Assembly: GCA_002633005.1 (NCBI GenBank)
Contig: NMRA01000907.1
Span: 20,255 to 84,254 of the forward strand
Source: Phoronis australis
Taxonomy: Eukaryota; Animalia; Phoronida
Direction of reading: 5' to 3'
DNA length: 64,000 bases
The notes beneath the pieces are model-generated. The model saw only the letters and a program-made list of their open reading frames with translations, was not told the origin of the DNA and did no database searches. Of the stretch, positions 27,888 to 40,677 are shown piece by piece (positions within the stretch are counted from its first letter, which is position 1; each line of letters begins with the position of its first letter). A program made the position numbers and the translations under genes.

Positions 27888-28389
27888 ACTTCAGATTCGG
27901 AGTTCGATCACTCATCATATTCTGACATTAATATCTTTGTCAGTCAGCTTTTTTCGACTGGCTGTGAGTGCATGCGTACGCTTATCATACGTGAGACGAA
28001 GATTAGAAACTGTGTGGTGACTACAGAGTTTTAAGAATTGGGAATTTTGTGACATTTCGTGGACACTCATTCACAAGGAAAGTTGCAAAATGATACTTTA
28101 GTCAGGAATTATTGTTTAAAATATATTTTTGACCGGCTTTTGCGTTCGATGCCTCTTAAATAGTCACGAAAACCAACTACATTTTGTGAATTCGCTGAAA
28201 ATATTTCCCCCAAATAGACAATTTACGGAAAGGGGATGCCGGAGTGGTATCAAAAGTAGAAATGTGCGCTTGTCATTGCTTTTGGTGCCCGAAATGACAA
28301 GGTTATGTCATGCTTTGATCGCCTTCAAATACCACATGTGGAGATAATGCGACAGGATTTGAGTAAGGTAATGCGCTGGTGATGGCTAT

Positions 28390-30390
28390 CGGTTAAATCA
28401 CAATCAAGGTCCATATTCGAGAGTTGACTGTGTTACGGACTAAAATAATATTTTTGGTCACTTACCAAATGCCAAATGAATATCATATGCAAAGAGTTAT
28501 TTAGATGTGCAAATTAAAAAAGATTCATCAAAATCGGACAATGTTTGAGAAATTTATGCATGTTTTTGTCTATGAATTTGATACATTTTTAGCGTTACGA
28601 GTGGCCATTTTAAAAATTACAGTTTTCAACTGTCAACAGTAGAAAATAAATTTATTTCAATTGCTTTGATATAACTGGGAATAACTTGAGTCACTTTCAG
28701 AATAACTTAGATGAAGTTGTGCTTCATCATTGAGAAATGGTAGCGTTCATCATGAAAGAGGCACTCGTTACGAAATTTATAATTCTATGTTTCTAACCCT
28801 CACCTATTGGAAAGAAGGTCAAAAACTTAAGTTCACATTCTGTAATGAAAAGAACTGCAGAATATGTTAGCCTAGGCAACACAATGAATTATTCAATATC
28901 TAAAAAAACTATTGACTGGGTTATGCTATGGTGAAAATGGCCCAAAAGGCTAACAAAATGTAGTGTACGTACCCCCATGTGGAATTCAGTAACACAAATG
29001 GTCATTGCAAATGAAATTATTGCCCTTTGAATAACAATATGGTGCTTATTATCATCAAAGACAAATAAATAGCCAAACAACATTATGTTACCATGTGATG
29101 CAGAATTAGTGACGTAGTGTAGGTACATGTACCTCTGTTGTAGTGTACGTACCCCCATTTTAACAAATGCCATGAAATTGAAATATCACTTGGTAAGTGA
29201 GCAACATTGATCATAGACTGTTTCCTTAAAAATGTTAGGTTGAAAGGTGTTTATTGCAAAAGCATTTGTTAGGAGTGAAATATTTGCATTTGTGTAGTGT
29301 ACGTACCCCCATATTTTAATTTGTGCCTATTTTCAAAGTAGGGCAGATATGCACATGAATGCTGTGCTTTTTTTCTCTTTGAATTGATTTAATAAATCAA
29401 CTAACTCTCAGTAGATTATTAGTATTTAGGAACAAACCTGACATGTCATTGAAATGTAGTGTACGTACCCCTGTGTAGTGTACGTACCTCGACCTCTGTG
29501 CTATAAAGTATTGCCCACAGGTATTTTTACGTACTGCTGTTCTCATGAACAATAATGACATTTCCAGAATGCATCCAGTTTGACAAAAAACAATGGACAT
29601 TATTAAATTTGTGAGCAGTAAAATGCCACACAGGACTTTGATAGTAACATCCTAGAAGACACGGCATGTGACAACTGATATTGCGGAGGCAGGCCCTCTA
29701 TCTCTCAAGACAACTTGCAAAAAACAACTAGTAGAGGCGGCACAAAACTGGAGATTATCCCATACATTTTTAACTTAGTCAAAATTTGACGTTGATTGGC
29801 TGTGCATACTGTACGTACCCCTCAACCAGTACCATATTTTACTGTTTGCAAGTTGAACATTGGGCCTAGCATTGCTTTAGCTATTTTGACCAACTGGTGA
29901 ATGTGTTGAAAACTACGCAAATGGCATCGATATTTTTTTTTTTGAAAAAAGTAGTTACTTGTCATTTTCTTTTTGTAAGAATCATATTGCAAGATAAGAA
30001 GTTCTCATTATACTGTGTTAAGATATGCAATGTATCATCATCTAGAACAACTTGATCAGCACGGTACTAACTTTTCTTACTTTAGTATCTTATACTTCTG
30101 CAATTTGATCAAGAACTTACATGTATTAAAGTAACAGCTGCATTAGGAATTTTTGCATGTGAGAAGTGGGCTGTGACCAGAAATTGTGATGTACGTACAT
30201 GTACCCTTTTATACAACAGCGATGCATTACGCCATACAATTTTAGTCGGTGGTTCTTGTGCAAAATTATTTTAGTTTACAAACCTCGAATGATGGTACTT
30301 TAAAATAACCTAGCTTTTCCAGTTATATGACAACCTTCATTTTTCAACAAAAGTGGTCACCGAAGATGGACCTTGAGTGTGCCCTTATCG
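28390..30390 (+). mobile_element. Non-autonomous TIR DNA transposon, copy 2 (~2.0 kb)
   Basis: TIRs cggttaaatcacaatcaaggtc / gaccttgagtgtgcccttatcg; collinear with 1005-2890; ends ~155 bp upstream of the GPCR ATG. Confidence 0.85.
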
Positions 30391-30545
30391 AATCCAGTGG
30401 CTTGCTATGCGACCGCTGGTGGATGCGCTGTCTCAACTAAGTTCGTGTCTCATATTTCATGTCATAGGTATTGTTAGACCGAAAATTTATAAAAACTTTA
30501 ATTGATGCTCTTTTTTCAAACAGGGTTCTTCAGTTTGCTCTCAAC

Positions 30546-31583
30546 ATGACGTCATCCAGTCCTGATATTCTGAATGGGACAGTCGTTATTCAGGAACTCA
30601 ACCAGGAACTCATCGTCGCAGAATGCGTGATTATCTCTCTCTACATTTTAATAGGAACTCTGGGAAACCTTCTTATAATATTTGCCATTTTGATTCAAAA
30701 AGAAGTCCGCAAAAATGTTGGCAATGCCCTTATAATAAACCTGGCGCTATCCGATCTCCTTATGTCAGGATTTTTGTTGCCAATTTTGCTGGCCAATTCT
30801 CTGTCTAATTACGCTATCCTGACTGACAGCGCGCTCTGTGTTGTCGCGGACATTATCCAACGTTTCAGCATTGTCTTGTCTGCGTACAGCATGCCCCTTA
30901 TTGCTTTCAATCGATTCGTCAATATTTGCCGCAACAATATGTACGCAACATTATTTTCAAAGCGCCGTACGTTCTGCATGATAGTTGGATTGCACGTGTT
31001 CTCGGTAATTGCCACCATTTTAAGGTTGGTGAACTTCGGGAACAACAGAAAAGAACAGTCTTGCGAAATGAATGATAATAACAAGACATTCAACACAACA
31101 AGCACTGCCATAGTTGTTACCTTCGTACTCATACCATCATTGCTGACTAGTTTTTTTTACTTTCGAATTTTTATTAAAATTCGTAACAGCACGTTTGCCA
31201 CAGGACAGAGTCTTCACAAGAAAAAATCCATCAATACTTTGTTTCTGGTCTTTTCACTATACGTCATATCGTGGTCGCCACTGCTCGTGCGCATTCTTGT
31301 AGATCCGCGCGGCCTCTGGCCACGTGAAGCCCACAAAATCGTCATGTGGATTGGATTCTCTAATTCCTGCCTTAACAGTTTCATTTATGGATTAAGATCT
31401 CAACAGTTTCGTAAAGGATACATGCGAGTCCTTTGTTTCTGGAACAGTGCTCATCACCACGTCAACGCCATCCATCCCACGTCGTTGGAACTTGCGACTT
31501 CCTCGTACAACGTGTCGACGCTGCGCACTAGTGAAAAAGTGATGCCATTTGGTCCACCCTTAGAGTCCATTAGGCATGTTTAA
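30546..31583 (+). CDS. Class A (rhodopsin-like) GPCR, melatonin-receptor-like, single coding exon (~345 aa)
   Basis: Seven hydrophobic segments; N-terminal NGT sequon; TM1 GTLGN, TM2 NLALSD, TM3 AFNRF (NR replaces DRY), TM6 SWSP, TM7 NSCLNSFIYG, helix 8 QFRKGY. First ATG at 30546, preceded by a pyrimidine tract and cag acceptor at about 30523, implying a 5' UTR intron. Confidence 0.92.
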   Translation: MTSSSPDILNGTVVIQELNQELIVAECVIISLYILIGTLGNLLIIFAILIQKEVRKNVGNALIINLALSDLLMSGFLLPILLANSLSNYAILTDSALCVVADIIQRFSIVLSAYSMPLIAFNRFVNICRNNMYATLFSKRRTFCMIVGLHVFSVIATILRLVNFGNNRKEQSCEMNDNNKTFNTTSTAIVVTFVLIPSLLTSFFYFRIFIKIRNSTFATGQSLHKKKSINTLFLVFSLYVISWSPLLVRILVDPRGLWPREAHKIVMWIGFSNSCLNSFIYGLRSQQFRKGYMRVLCFWNSAHHHVNAIHPTSLELATSSYNVSTLRTSEKVMPFGPPLESIRHV

Positions 31584-34546
31584 CTTGCCCATCTTAGGCC
31601 TACATGTATGGCCTAGAGCTTGGACATAAGTCGCGGTGGAAAGTTTCAATCGAAGGTACACAAATCCAAAAGGTATTTCTGATATTGGGAAAACAGTTAA
31701 ATTGTATCAACGGCAGCTGCTTAAATAAGAAATAGGGTTGTGACTCAAGGAATCAGTCGCTAACTGGCAATATATCTGATGCCATCAACTGTTTGTACGG
31801 AACGCCTGCCAATAGAGGACGTTTTCCTGTGACACATTCCTGTACAGAGCAAATGCGAGTGTCAGTGCATTTCAAGGCACCGACTTATCTATTTTCTGAT
31901 GGAGTATACTTAATTCCATTTCTGAATTCGGTAAGACTTAAAAAGTATTGAGAAAATGGACTTGAACATGCCGGCGACGACACGACCAGTGTTGAACGTG
32001 AATGATGTCGATGGAAACTACCAGTTGTAAGCTTGGCGGATCTTTACCAAAGATGTAATTTATTTGATTACTTTCCATTGAAGTACATTATATCTACGCT
32101 GTACGTAGACTCCCTTCTAGCTGTTTACCCAGTCAGCTAGCGGCATGAAAAGTATTGTCAAAATATTTAGTATACAGCTTTGCAACAAGGCTACAGTCTC
32201 TTTTCCTCCTGCTGTAGTTTGAACGCGTGCTCGGAAGTTTGGTGCACCGCAAAAGCAGTACAGGGCACTCCAAAACGTGTATGTATTGGGGCTCACAAAA
32301 AGCGTTTTTGCACACCTTCTCTTTAAAATGCTTTACTAGAGAGGGTCTGGGCCCGCCCGGCCACCTTTTCACTGCGTCACTGCAGACAGATCTTTGCTGG
32401 GAAAGACCATTGCCAGAAAAAGGATACGACATTCACATTTAGCGTTACAAAACTGCCAATGTCTCAGAGCACTCAATATTCCTGTTTGATTCATGGAGAG
32501 ATATGAGCCCTTGAAACCATTTTGATCATTTTTACTTTTAGCGGATAAACATTGCCATAGCTTTTTTGAAACGTGACGACAATGTTGTGAGTGCAAGGCG
32601 TGCTTTCTGTGAGCTTATCTGTTGCCTATTAGTAGTTGAGGTAGTTGCATGTCCCGAGATTGAACATCATGTACCACTTGCATGTACTGTATGTTTAAAT
32701 ACGCAGGTTGGAGGTCAGTATGGTGAGGGCAGTGGTCAAAGTCTGTAACTAATTAATGAGGACTTTCGAAACCTTAGACTTACAAGTTTTGCAACCTATT
32801 TATGTTCTTCTGAGGTCTGTTTTACGGTAAAAACGTACGGAGACCGGTATAGTGTAATTTTCTGTATGCCGGAAGAGGTGGGGATATCATTATTGCACTT
32901 ATTGTACTTACGGCAATTTTTCAAAACCGGACTGAGTTTTATCCCCAAAACATTGAAAAACTTAAGAGGACAGACTTCATCCTTACATCAGGGAATAAGT
33001 CGTACCTTTTGGCTGAATCCCTTAGGCATATATCCCTACTTTCCTTCTCAAACGGCTTCTTCTGTGGTACCGTGACAAATAATGTTTGCATAACGGACAT
33101 TAGAATAACAAATCAACAATATTTAAGCTGCAGACTTATAAGTTGTGAGTGAAGTAGCTGACACCAATACAACAATTTGGGTGCTAAGTTTTAGTTTCAA
33201 TGATTCGGAAATTTTAATTCCATGCTCAGATGGCTCAATATATTTATGTCATGAGTGCATTATATCAGGGGTCTCTTGTGACTGGGACTCGTTCAGTTTA
33301 TGCTGTTGTCAGTGATGGGCACCGGCGGCTGAGTCGAACCGACCAGGAATTCACTTCAAAGATCTAGTTGTAGCTTGATGTTTACGACTTTGTCTTGGCC
33401 GAAATGTGACAATCTAGTATTTGCCCGCTAATTCCAAATCTTTCACAAAACCACTGTCGCTCAACTACTGTCGACTGCAAATGATGACTGTCCTAAGGTA
33501 CAACGCGAACTCCTCCGACCGATTGTATGCATTTTGTAAACTGGACCAGATATTCAAAATAAAGCGGGAACATACAAACAATGCTTATTTCATTTGAGGA
33601 GAAAGGCGGTTTTCACGATTACAATGTATATACGTCAAATACTAAGGAAACACCACACATATATAACCACATGTACCATGATGCGCATGCGCCAGAGCCA
33701 TTGTCTCAATAGTTTCAAAGACGCGGCAGCAATCGTATACTGGGTGTCTTAAAAATATTCACAGAAATTATTCTCAAGTGTGTACAAAGATAAGGTTTTA
33801 CTAGAAACTAACAGTGTTTTTTTCTCATTTTTGGTACCTTGAAGTTGATTTGGCCATGAGAAGAAGTGAGAAAAATTGCTACAGTGGATTCTACAGAGAA
33901 CAGATTTTTTAGCATCAAATGCAACATGTTGTGCGGAAACATGGCGGGTATCAGGCTTTCAGCAAAACTGAGCTACTTGTTGTGCGAAGGGAGACAAAAA
34001 TGGAAGGAACTGTTTCAATGTTTTTACTGAAAAAAGGCTACAGCTGAAGATAAGTGATCTTTCTGTGAAGCATGCAAAGTCTGTAAGAGAGGTAGTTTCG
34101 CAAAGTCTAAAAAAACAATTAGTCGCACTCTCTGCATGCATTAAGAGTCAACTGTGGCATTTCTTTGGATACGAAAAACATCCTTGGTCCCCTCCGAAAC
34201 AAAATCCTGATATCCATTATTCAGAGTATCTCTAGGAACGCTTTTGGGAAACCTTCCACTTACTCTGGCCGATACACAAAGAAACGCAATGCAACACAAA
34301 CTAACTTGAGATGCAAGATAAAAGTTAAATCTCACTTTTCAGTACGGCATAATTTCGAGGATACAAATAAAAGGATTAAACATCTAACCAATAACGTACC
34401 CTATATTTTTAGGTTACATTTATCAACAAATACAACAGAGTCCACATCAACCCATGTAGGCGAATTCCATTTCCCAATCGTCTGAGTTCAAGATGTTTCA
34501 GAATCCATCCCTGAACTGGGAATAGCCGTCGTATTCTCTGGCATAG

Positions 34547-34684
34547 GCGGCTCCAGAGATCCAGACCCCTCCTTTTCTCTTAGGTTTAGTGATACCAAAT
34601 CTAGAATTGTCAAATTGTTGACTTGGACCTCCCTTTTTAAAAGTCCTCGATCCGGCCGCCCCTTTAAAAAATCCTGGATCCGCC
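34547..34684. mobile_element. Short MITE with GGCGG(A)TCCAG...CTGGATCCGCC ends; a related element at about 39848-39998
   Basis: Inverted ends ggcggctccag / ctggatccgcc. Confidence 0.55.
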
Positions 34685-36339
34685 GTATTTGGGTATGTCC
34701 AGTGCTTAGCCAATCGGGCGCTCGATACAGAAAACAATTTCTCGTGACCTTTCAAAGCCACAGAACCTGCGCACGACTGGTGCACTGCATAGGAAATTTG
34801 ACCTCCTGCACTCGTTTTTATCATTTTAAAGGGGCGTGGAATGAGAGGACTCGTAAAAAATGCGCATGTACTTATTGGAGATGCTAAATTGCGAGTTAGT
34901 CGAATCACTTTGAATACCTCAAAAAATTTTCAGATTCACTATTGTTGAAATACTGACGAACTTAAACTGTTATTAAGTATTTTATCAATATTTATTGAAA
35001 AGAAACGTGATTATACAAGGACAAAGGGAGACATTCATGCACAAATACGGGCGCATGCGCGTGTATATGCAAATTTAGTCAGTCAGTGTTATTGCCTGAT
35101 AAGATGTAAGAAAATGTTTCCTCATGTTTCTTATACTTACATGTATAGTACCATTATTCAAAAGAAGAAAGTTCTGAAATTAGGTTCGTGTTTACCATTC
35201 CCTCAAAACCAAAAATATTGGTTATTGTATTGTTGACTTTTGCTAGATATTTGAATCTCTACATCTTAAGTGAATGCCATTTCAAAACCTTACATGTACC
35301 TTCTGCTTGAGGCAGTTTCTTGAAAATAAATTTTACGCTTACTGTATGTACGGATGTTAGTAATAGGAAGGGTCAAGTGGCAAATTAACGCTGTTTAGCC
35401 GTTGAATGCTAAACTAAGAAAAAATAAGGTGTGTCATTACAAAGAGCGGCCCTTTGTCCAAGGAATGTAATTATTTCCCTTGTTTCGGGACATATATTAA
35501 TGGGGTAATTATGTTCTTAGTTCTCGGAAATCACACGTGAACAATTTGAGAACAATTTCATAACGGTAAGTGACCTAATTAAGAAGATTGCTTTCTGTCA
35601 CGGATAACGTGTTTATATCCGTTTTACATCTAGTGAGCATTATACAGCAACTTTACTATAGGAAGTGTTATGGAGCTCGTGGGGCTCGAGTTCCCTCCTT
35701 TTCCTAGACACGGCCAAAAAGCACAACTGGCATACAGCTATTAGGTGCTACAGCTACAGTTTTCCTTCGAAAAGTTGGTCACCTTACAGCATCCTATAGA
35801 TCCGCCATTACTACATGTAGAAGCGAGATTGTTCTGCAATGAATTTCTTCAATCAGCACATTTAGAACAACAAACCGACACAGCTTTCGGAAACTCTCAA
35901 GTAAATTTTCGACATACTCGAGGGTACATATACATGAACAGCTGATTGAAGATTACGTAAGCCTTAATGTCAATTCCGTACATTTAGTCAAATATCTACA
36001 GAATTACAGAATTTAATTCAGCAAAACCTTGCATTTTCTGAAAGTAGAAGTTACATAGGATTTGGGTTTTGACTTTATACCACCTGCCACTAATCATTTC
36101 TAGGTATATTTCGCAAAAAGTAAGGTACGTTCATTGCAAAACAACAGGATAAATAACGTAACCAAATTTCGTGTTCTATAAATGTTTCAGAAGAAATCTC
36201 AAAAACAATGTTACAGTTTTTAAAATCACAGTTTCGTTTTTGCTTGTGCAACATTTTTTATGAAAATAATACAAGACCTCTCATGCAACACAGTAACATT
36301 TAAAAAAATCCTAAGCCTTTTCTAGAACATGTTAATAAA

Positions 36340-36625
36340 AATAACAGCGGATTTAAAGCGGCTGGACATGTTTCGGTGTCGTTTATTTAAAGACCATCAT
36401 CATAAGAACAGAGAACATAGTGGCCACCTAACTAGGCCCAACGACAAGTAATGAAACAGACAGTCAATAACAGGGAGGGACAATAACTAGACCAACAATG
36501 ACATCCTGTGGTGTTCCAGTTGCCTATTGAGATTTGGGCTTGCACCAACTGCTGTGTAGAGCCTCAGGAATTTTAAGCTCCTTTGTTGTTTCCGTTTTGT
36601 CATTAAAACTACTCTTATCCTTCAG
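36340..36625 (-). mobile_element. Penelope-like element 3' relic (GIY-YIG tail plus degenerate hammerhead)
   Basis: Minus strand ELKIPEALH..WCK/PNLNRQLEH (GIY-YIG C-terminus, one frameshift), followed by aTGATGAtggtc...gacacc GAAACATGTC. Confidence 0.55.
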
Positions 36626-37829
36626 TAAACTTAGGAACCAGGTTCCTAGAATAAATTAACTTATTTACCAGTGTTTGAACAGTTAGCGATCGTTAATCAG
36701 CTTCTGCTTAAATTGTGATGCGTTCTCTTGTCAGTGTTGGCTTTTTGCGATTATGTCACCTGACCCTTAACCAGTTTCTTTTCCCCGGATTCGTTTGTCA
36801 AGTATTCTTCGCTGCTGGCAGCTAGGTTGCGCACATTCCACAACAAATATATAAAAATTGTTTCATTTCCTTACAAGTCTTTAGTATTTTTATACCAGCA
36901 AACCGAATTTTAGAACGAACCTTGGTGCTGCGAAACTGTCATCATCTCCCGAAAGACGTCTCAAAATTTCAGGAAATGGCGCGTGCGCTGTGTCAGCAGG
37001 GTGTTGTTTGTTTTTGAAACAGACCACACTTCTTTGTTACAAAATGCGGCGAATTATGCTAGAAAATGACGTTTATTTGATTGTTTTCCACTTAAACGGC
37101 TGCAACGAACAAAGTGAATGTCGGTTGACTACCAGATTTTGCATGCACCCCCGCCGGTCCGTTAGCTTTACACGTTGATGTACCCTAAGTTTTACGATGT
37201 GGCGAGATAAGTCAACTATATCCGGGGAGTAAAATTTTTGGGTGTATCTAACCAGCACTTCAAGTTTAGAGAGCTGAGTATTGGCATATAGCTGACTGAC
37301 TGGCTGGCTAGAGTCCACATTGCCCACGGCACAGTCAGACAAATGTAAATTGCTGATACGGACTGGTTGCACCGGCAGATTTTCGTCTGACGAAGACGAC
37401 GACTGGTTGTCACTTTGTGTTGCCTTGACTCAAAAAGGTAGCCCTGGTGACCAGACATTTCATACTAAACTTTCTTATTCCGACAATATGAAGAATGACA
37501 CTTGACTGCAGGCTTACATAGGGCAGTGGCTTTGCCCCCACCAAATACGTGACGAGAAGCAGCGCTCCAAGCGGGTATTTTTTTGAGCTTCGTTAGAGAA
37601 TATAACTTTACTTTTTAATGTTGAATTATTTGTGAAAATATTCAACAACTCATACTTTGTTATCTTGAATTGTTTGTGAAATTAATCAACAACTCATAGA
37701 AAACTATAAAAATTTATTCAGAATTAAACACAGTTCCCTTTTATGAGACAGCATTGGTTGAAAGAAGGCAATGTCGGGATTATTGTTAGACGGGGTGAAC
37801 TCGGGCTAACTGTGAAAAACAATAACTTT

Positions 37830-38650
37830 TGATTAAGGCTAACAACGCTTTACAAAGCCCAACAAACCTGTGGACATGGGGCTCACAGAGGAATCCTCGT
37901 GTGAATTGTGCAAGCACCAACAAATCTGGACTGTGCGCTGTCATCACGTTCACTGGCTCTTGCAGGGGGTGGAAAGAGCTGAAGAAGGACCGTAGGTTGA
38001 CAAGAAGCCGGGGTAAGATTCACTGATTCCATACACTGGGAAACAACAACATGGGTGAAGCGTCCTTTTGGATAAAGTAGGGGGTTGGAAGTTAACTGTG
38101 CACTTGCATAAGCGATCAAAATAGCCTGAGCAACCCTCGTCCAGAAATACATGTAGTAATGTGGTCAAGACTAACCAAAAAACGGTACTGCTGGAGTTGA
38201 CTGTGTCGTGGAAGGAGCGTGTAGAAGACGCTCATGAGAGGAAGAGAGAAAAATGTCAATAGCTAGTCGATAAGTGCCACACGAATGGCTGTTGAATATG
38301 GAAGCAGCGTTTTTAGGCCAATCTGTTTGACGGGCGTTTCTTATGCTTTACGTACGATAGACAAGGGGTACCAGGCTCAAAGAGCATCGCAGTGGTTGTG
38401 GAGAACGAAGAATGCTACATGGACAAAGGAGCGCTCTGGTGTCCCTGAAGGTAATGGAAAGGGCACATGTAGGCGGGAACCAAATGCCGGTATACAGTCC
38501 TGGGCCACGACTGATCACCTCGGTTGGCGCAACTCTGGAGGCTGTTGTGGACAGCGCCGAAACAGCCAAGGAAGGAAGACTTCCACCCGGTGACAGGACT
38601 GGTGTCGTTCCAACAGATGTTTCCAGGTAACTTACAAAAATACTCACTCA
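37830..38650 (+). mobile_element. 3' end of a restriction-like-endonuclease LINE (Hero/R2-group-like), degraded
   Basis: LQSPTNLWTWG...CELC (CCHC region), then KTVLLELTVSWKERVEDAHERKREK...VEYGSSVF...ASQWLWR; matches the RLE ELTVPWE...ERK..KY...VEVG..GF pattern. Confidence 0.7.
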
Positions 38651-40677
38651 CTTCAGAAGGGATCTCTGGAATCGAGGAGAACTGACAGCATGCTTAAAGT
38701 TAGTTACAATATATGGCTACAGGCCAGGTTTAATACGTTTCTGGTCATGCGTGAATATTTCAGCACCGAAACGGAATGTTCAAGATATTGACAAATTTGG
38801 TTATTGTAACCGAGTTCGAATCTGACTGTATGATGCCGTTTTTGGAAGCATATTCATGCTTTTAGGAAGAAAATTGACACGGGGTATTGTTTATTGCAGT
38901 TTTAAATTAATGCTATATATTATATTATCATTATATGATAAGTATTTTTGATAATTTATTTAACTAGCTGTGTTCCTGGCTCTCACTCACGCTGTGCAAA
39001 AAGACCCAGGACTTCTACATGGGGAAATATAGCCCGAATTGGGCTCTCAATGAAGCTTTTTGGAGTTACGGCCAATGTCGCACTTATCCAAATCGCTGTT
39101 GCTTCACTAGTTCTATTGGCGCGCCACTTACGAAATTTCACAAATGATCCAGTTGGAGTAGATTAGTTGACCTTGGAGAAATTGCAAATTACAGGATTCG
39201 ACAAAAATAAAAATCAATATACCTTTCTTCGGCAGTGTATCTGATTGAGTGGGACTGATTTCGTGGGTTCTCGGAGGACCTTTTTATCATGATGAGTGCT
39301 TACTGGTTCGTCGACAAAATGTTTCTGCTTTAAGTGGTAAGTCATTCATTAATCACTGAGCCGAATGGAGCTCAGTTCAGGCCGATATTCGTTCCTACTG
39401 GGTTTCGAAATAACTTGCCAGAAAAAGTCATACCGACTATGTTCTTCTGCTGGAAGAACCAAATGGAAACGTTTACTTCCATCCTATTTTCTGCGTGTTA
39501 GTACTTGATGTGTGTTTTAACATGAATTAGGCGGAGATTGGAACTAACTATGCTATGTTTGGACTTATATCACATTAAATATGGAGCAGCATTTCGAGAA
39601 TATTTTATACTTGGCTCATTCAGATTGTTATTTTTCCTACAAATGTGTTTTATTCACACCACGCTCAGCGTGTCTTCAAAGCTTTCGTTGACGTCATTTT
39701 TCGGCGCATGATGTTCGCGGGTTGGGACGGATATACGATTTCATGAGATCGAAGGCCTATTCATCGCCCACTAACCCCATTTTGGGAGTGTGAAAAATGA
39801 TCTGCCACAGCTTATCATGCATTTGAACTGAGCTCAGTTATTGAGCAGGGACGGATCCAGGGTTTTGACTTAGGGCACAGTATTAGCCAGGATTTTACCT
39901 GTCAGACATTCGCACTCCCGAACTGCCAAATGGAAACTCTAGAGAGAATATTAGGATGGGTCATGGCCTCCTTGCACTATCCCCCTATATCCGCCACTGT
40001 TGGGGCCAGTCGACTTCCTCCGAGTACTCACCATCTGTTCTCTCATGATCAACAACGCAGATCTGCATGTAGGCTACGTGGCGGTCACATTTTCATTACC
40101 AGTGTCTCCCAGGTATTCCGATAACAACATTTTCAGCCGGGGTCCGTTTCATCCAAGCTGATCAGACCTGTGTTACGATTCTAATGAGGTCGAAACTTTG
40201 ATTCCAATTTTTCATTCGGCTCATACATCTAAACGCAGCTGAAGAAGGCGGTTTTTATGCCTGAAGGTGAACAAAGCAGTGTCGTGTTTGCAGTAAGTGC
40301 CCGGTCCGGTCGTAACTTTTTACGACCGGACTTTCCTTTGATAAAGGAACCCCTTCCTTTATGAAATTCAATATATAACAAACACTAGTTTTATTCACAT
40401 TTTTTAGCTCAGCAAACAGGTTTTCTACAAGCAAATTGTTGTGTCACTTGTGTTTTTCCGTGTGAAACAAACTTTTGGTAATTCTGGCTCGAAACCTCAA
40501 AATTCTATGGTGATTCATTTTTGTCACGTGAACTTACCTGATTATGCCAGTGGGTATTGTTAATGGACCACTAGATAACTAAAGGCGAAGTCGTTAATTT
40601 GAAATAGACCAAGTTCGATTTCAACACCAATATTTTAAGCTAACTAATGACTAGCCTGCCTAAATCAAGCTCCTGCC

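Noticed and set aside
27689-28034. ORFs with PSYCAV and SHHTVL repeats
   Set aside because: Translations of an 18-bp minisatellite; no spacers, splice context or other coding signal.
30471-30545. N-terminal extension of the GPCR from the TTG start in the ORF track
   Set aside because: Non-ATG start running through a probable splice acceptor; the first ATG at 30546 gives a normal glycosylated N-terminus. The same applies to GTG 41649 vs ATG 41631.
37386-37415. CUGACGA-A-GACGAC-gactg-GUUGUC hammerhead-like start
   Set aside because: No GAAA after stem II and no closing stems.
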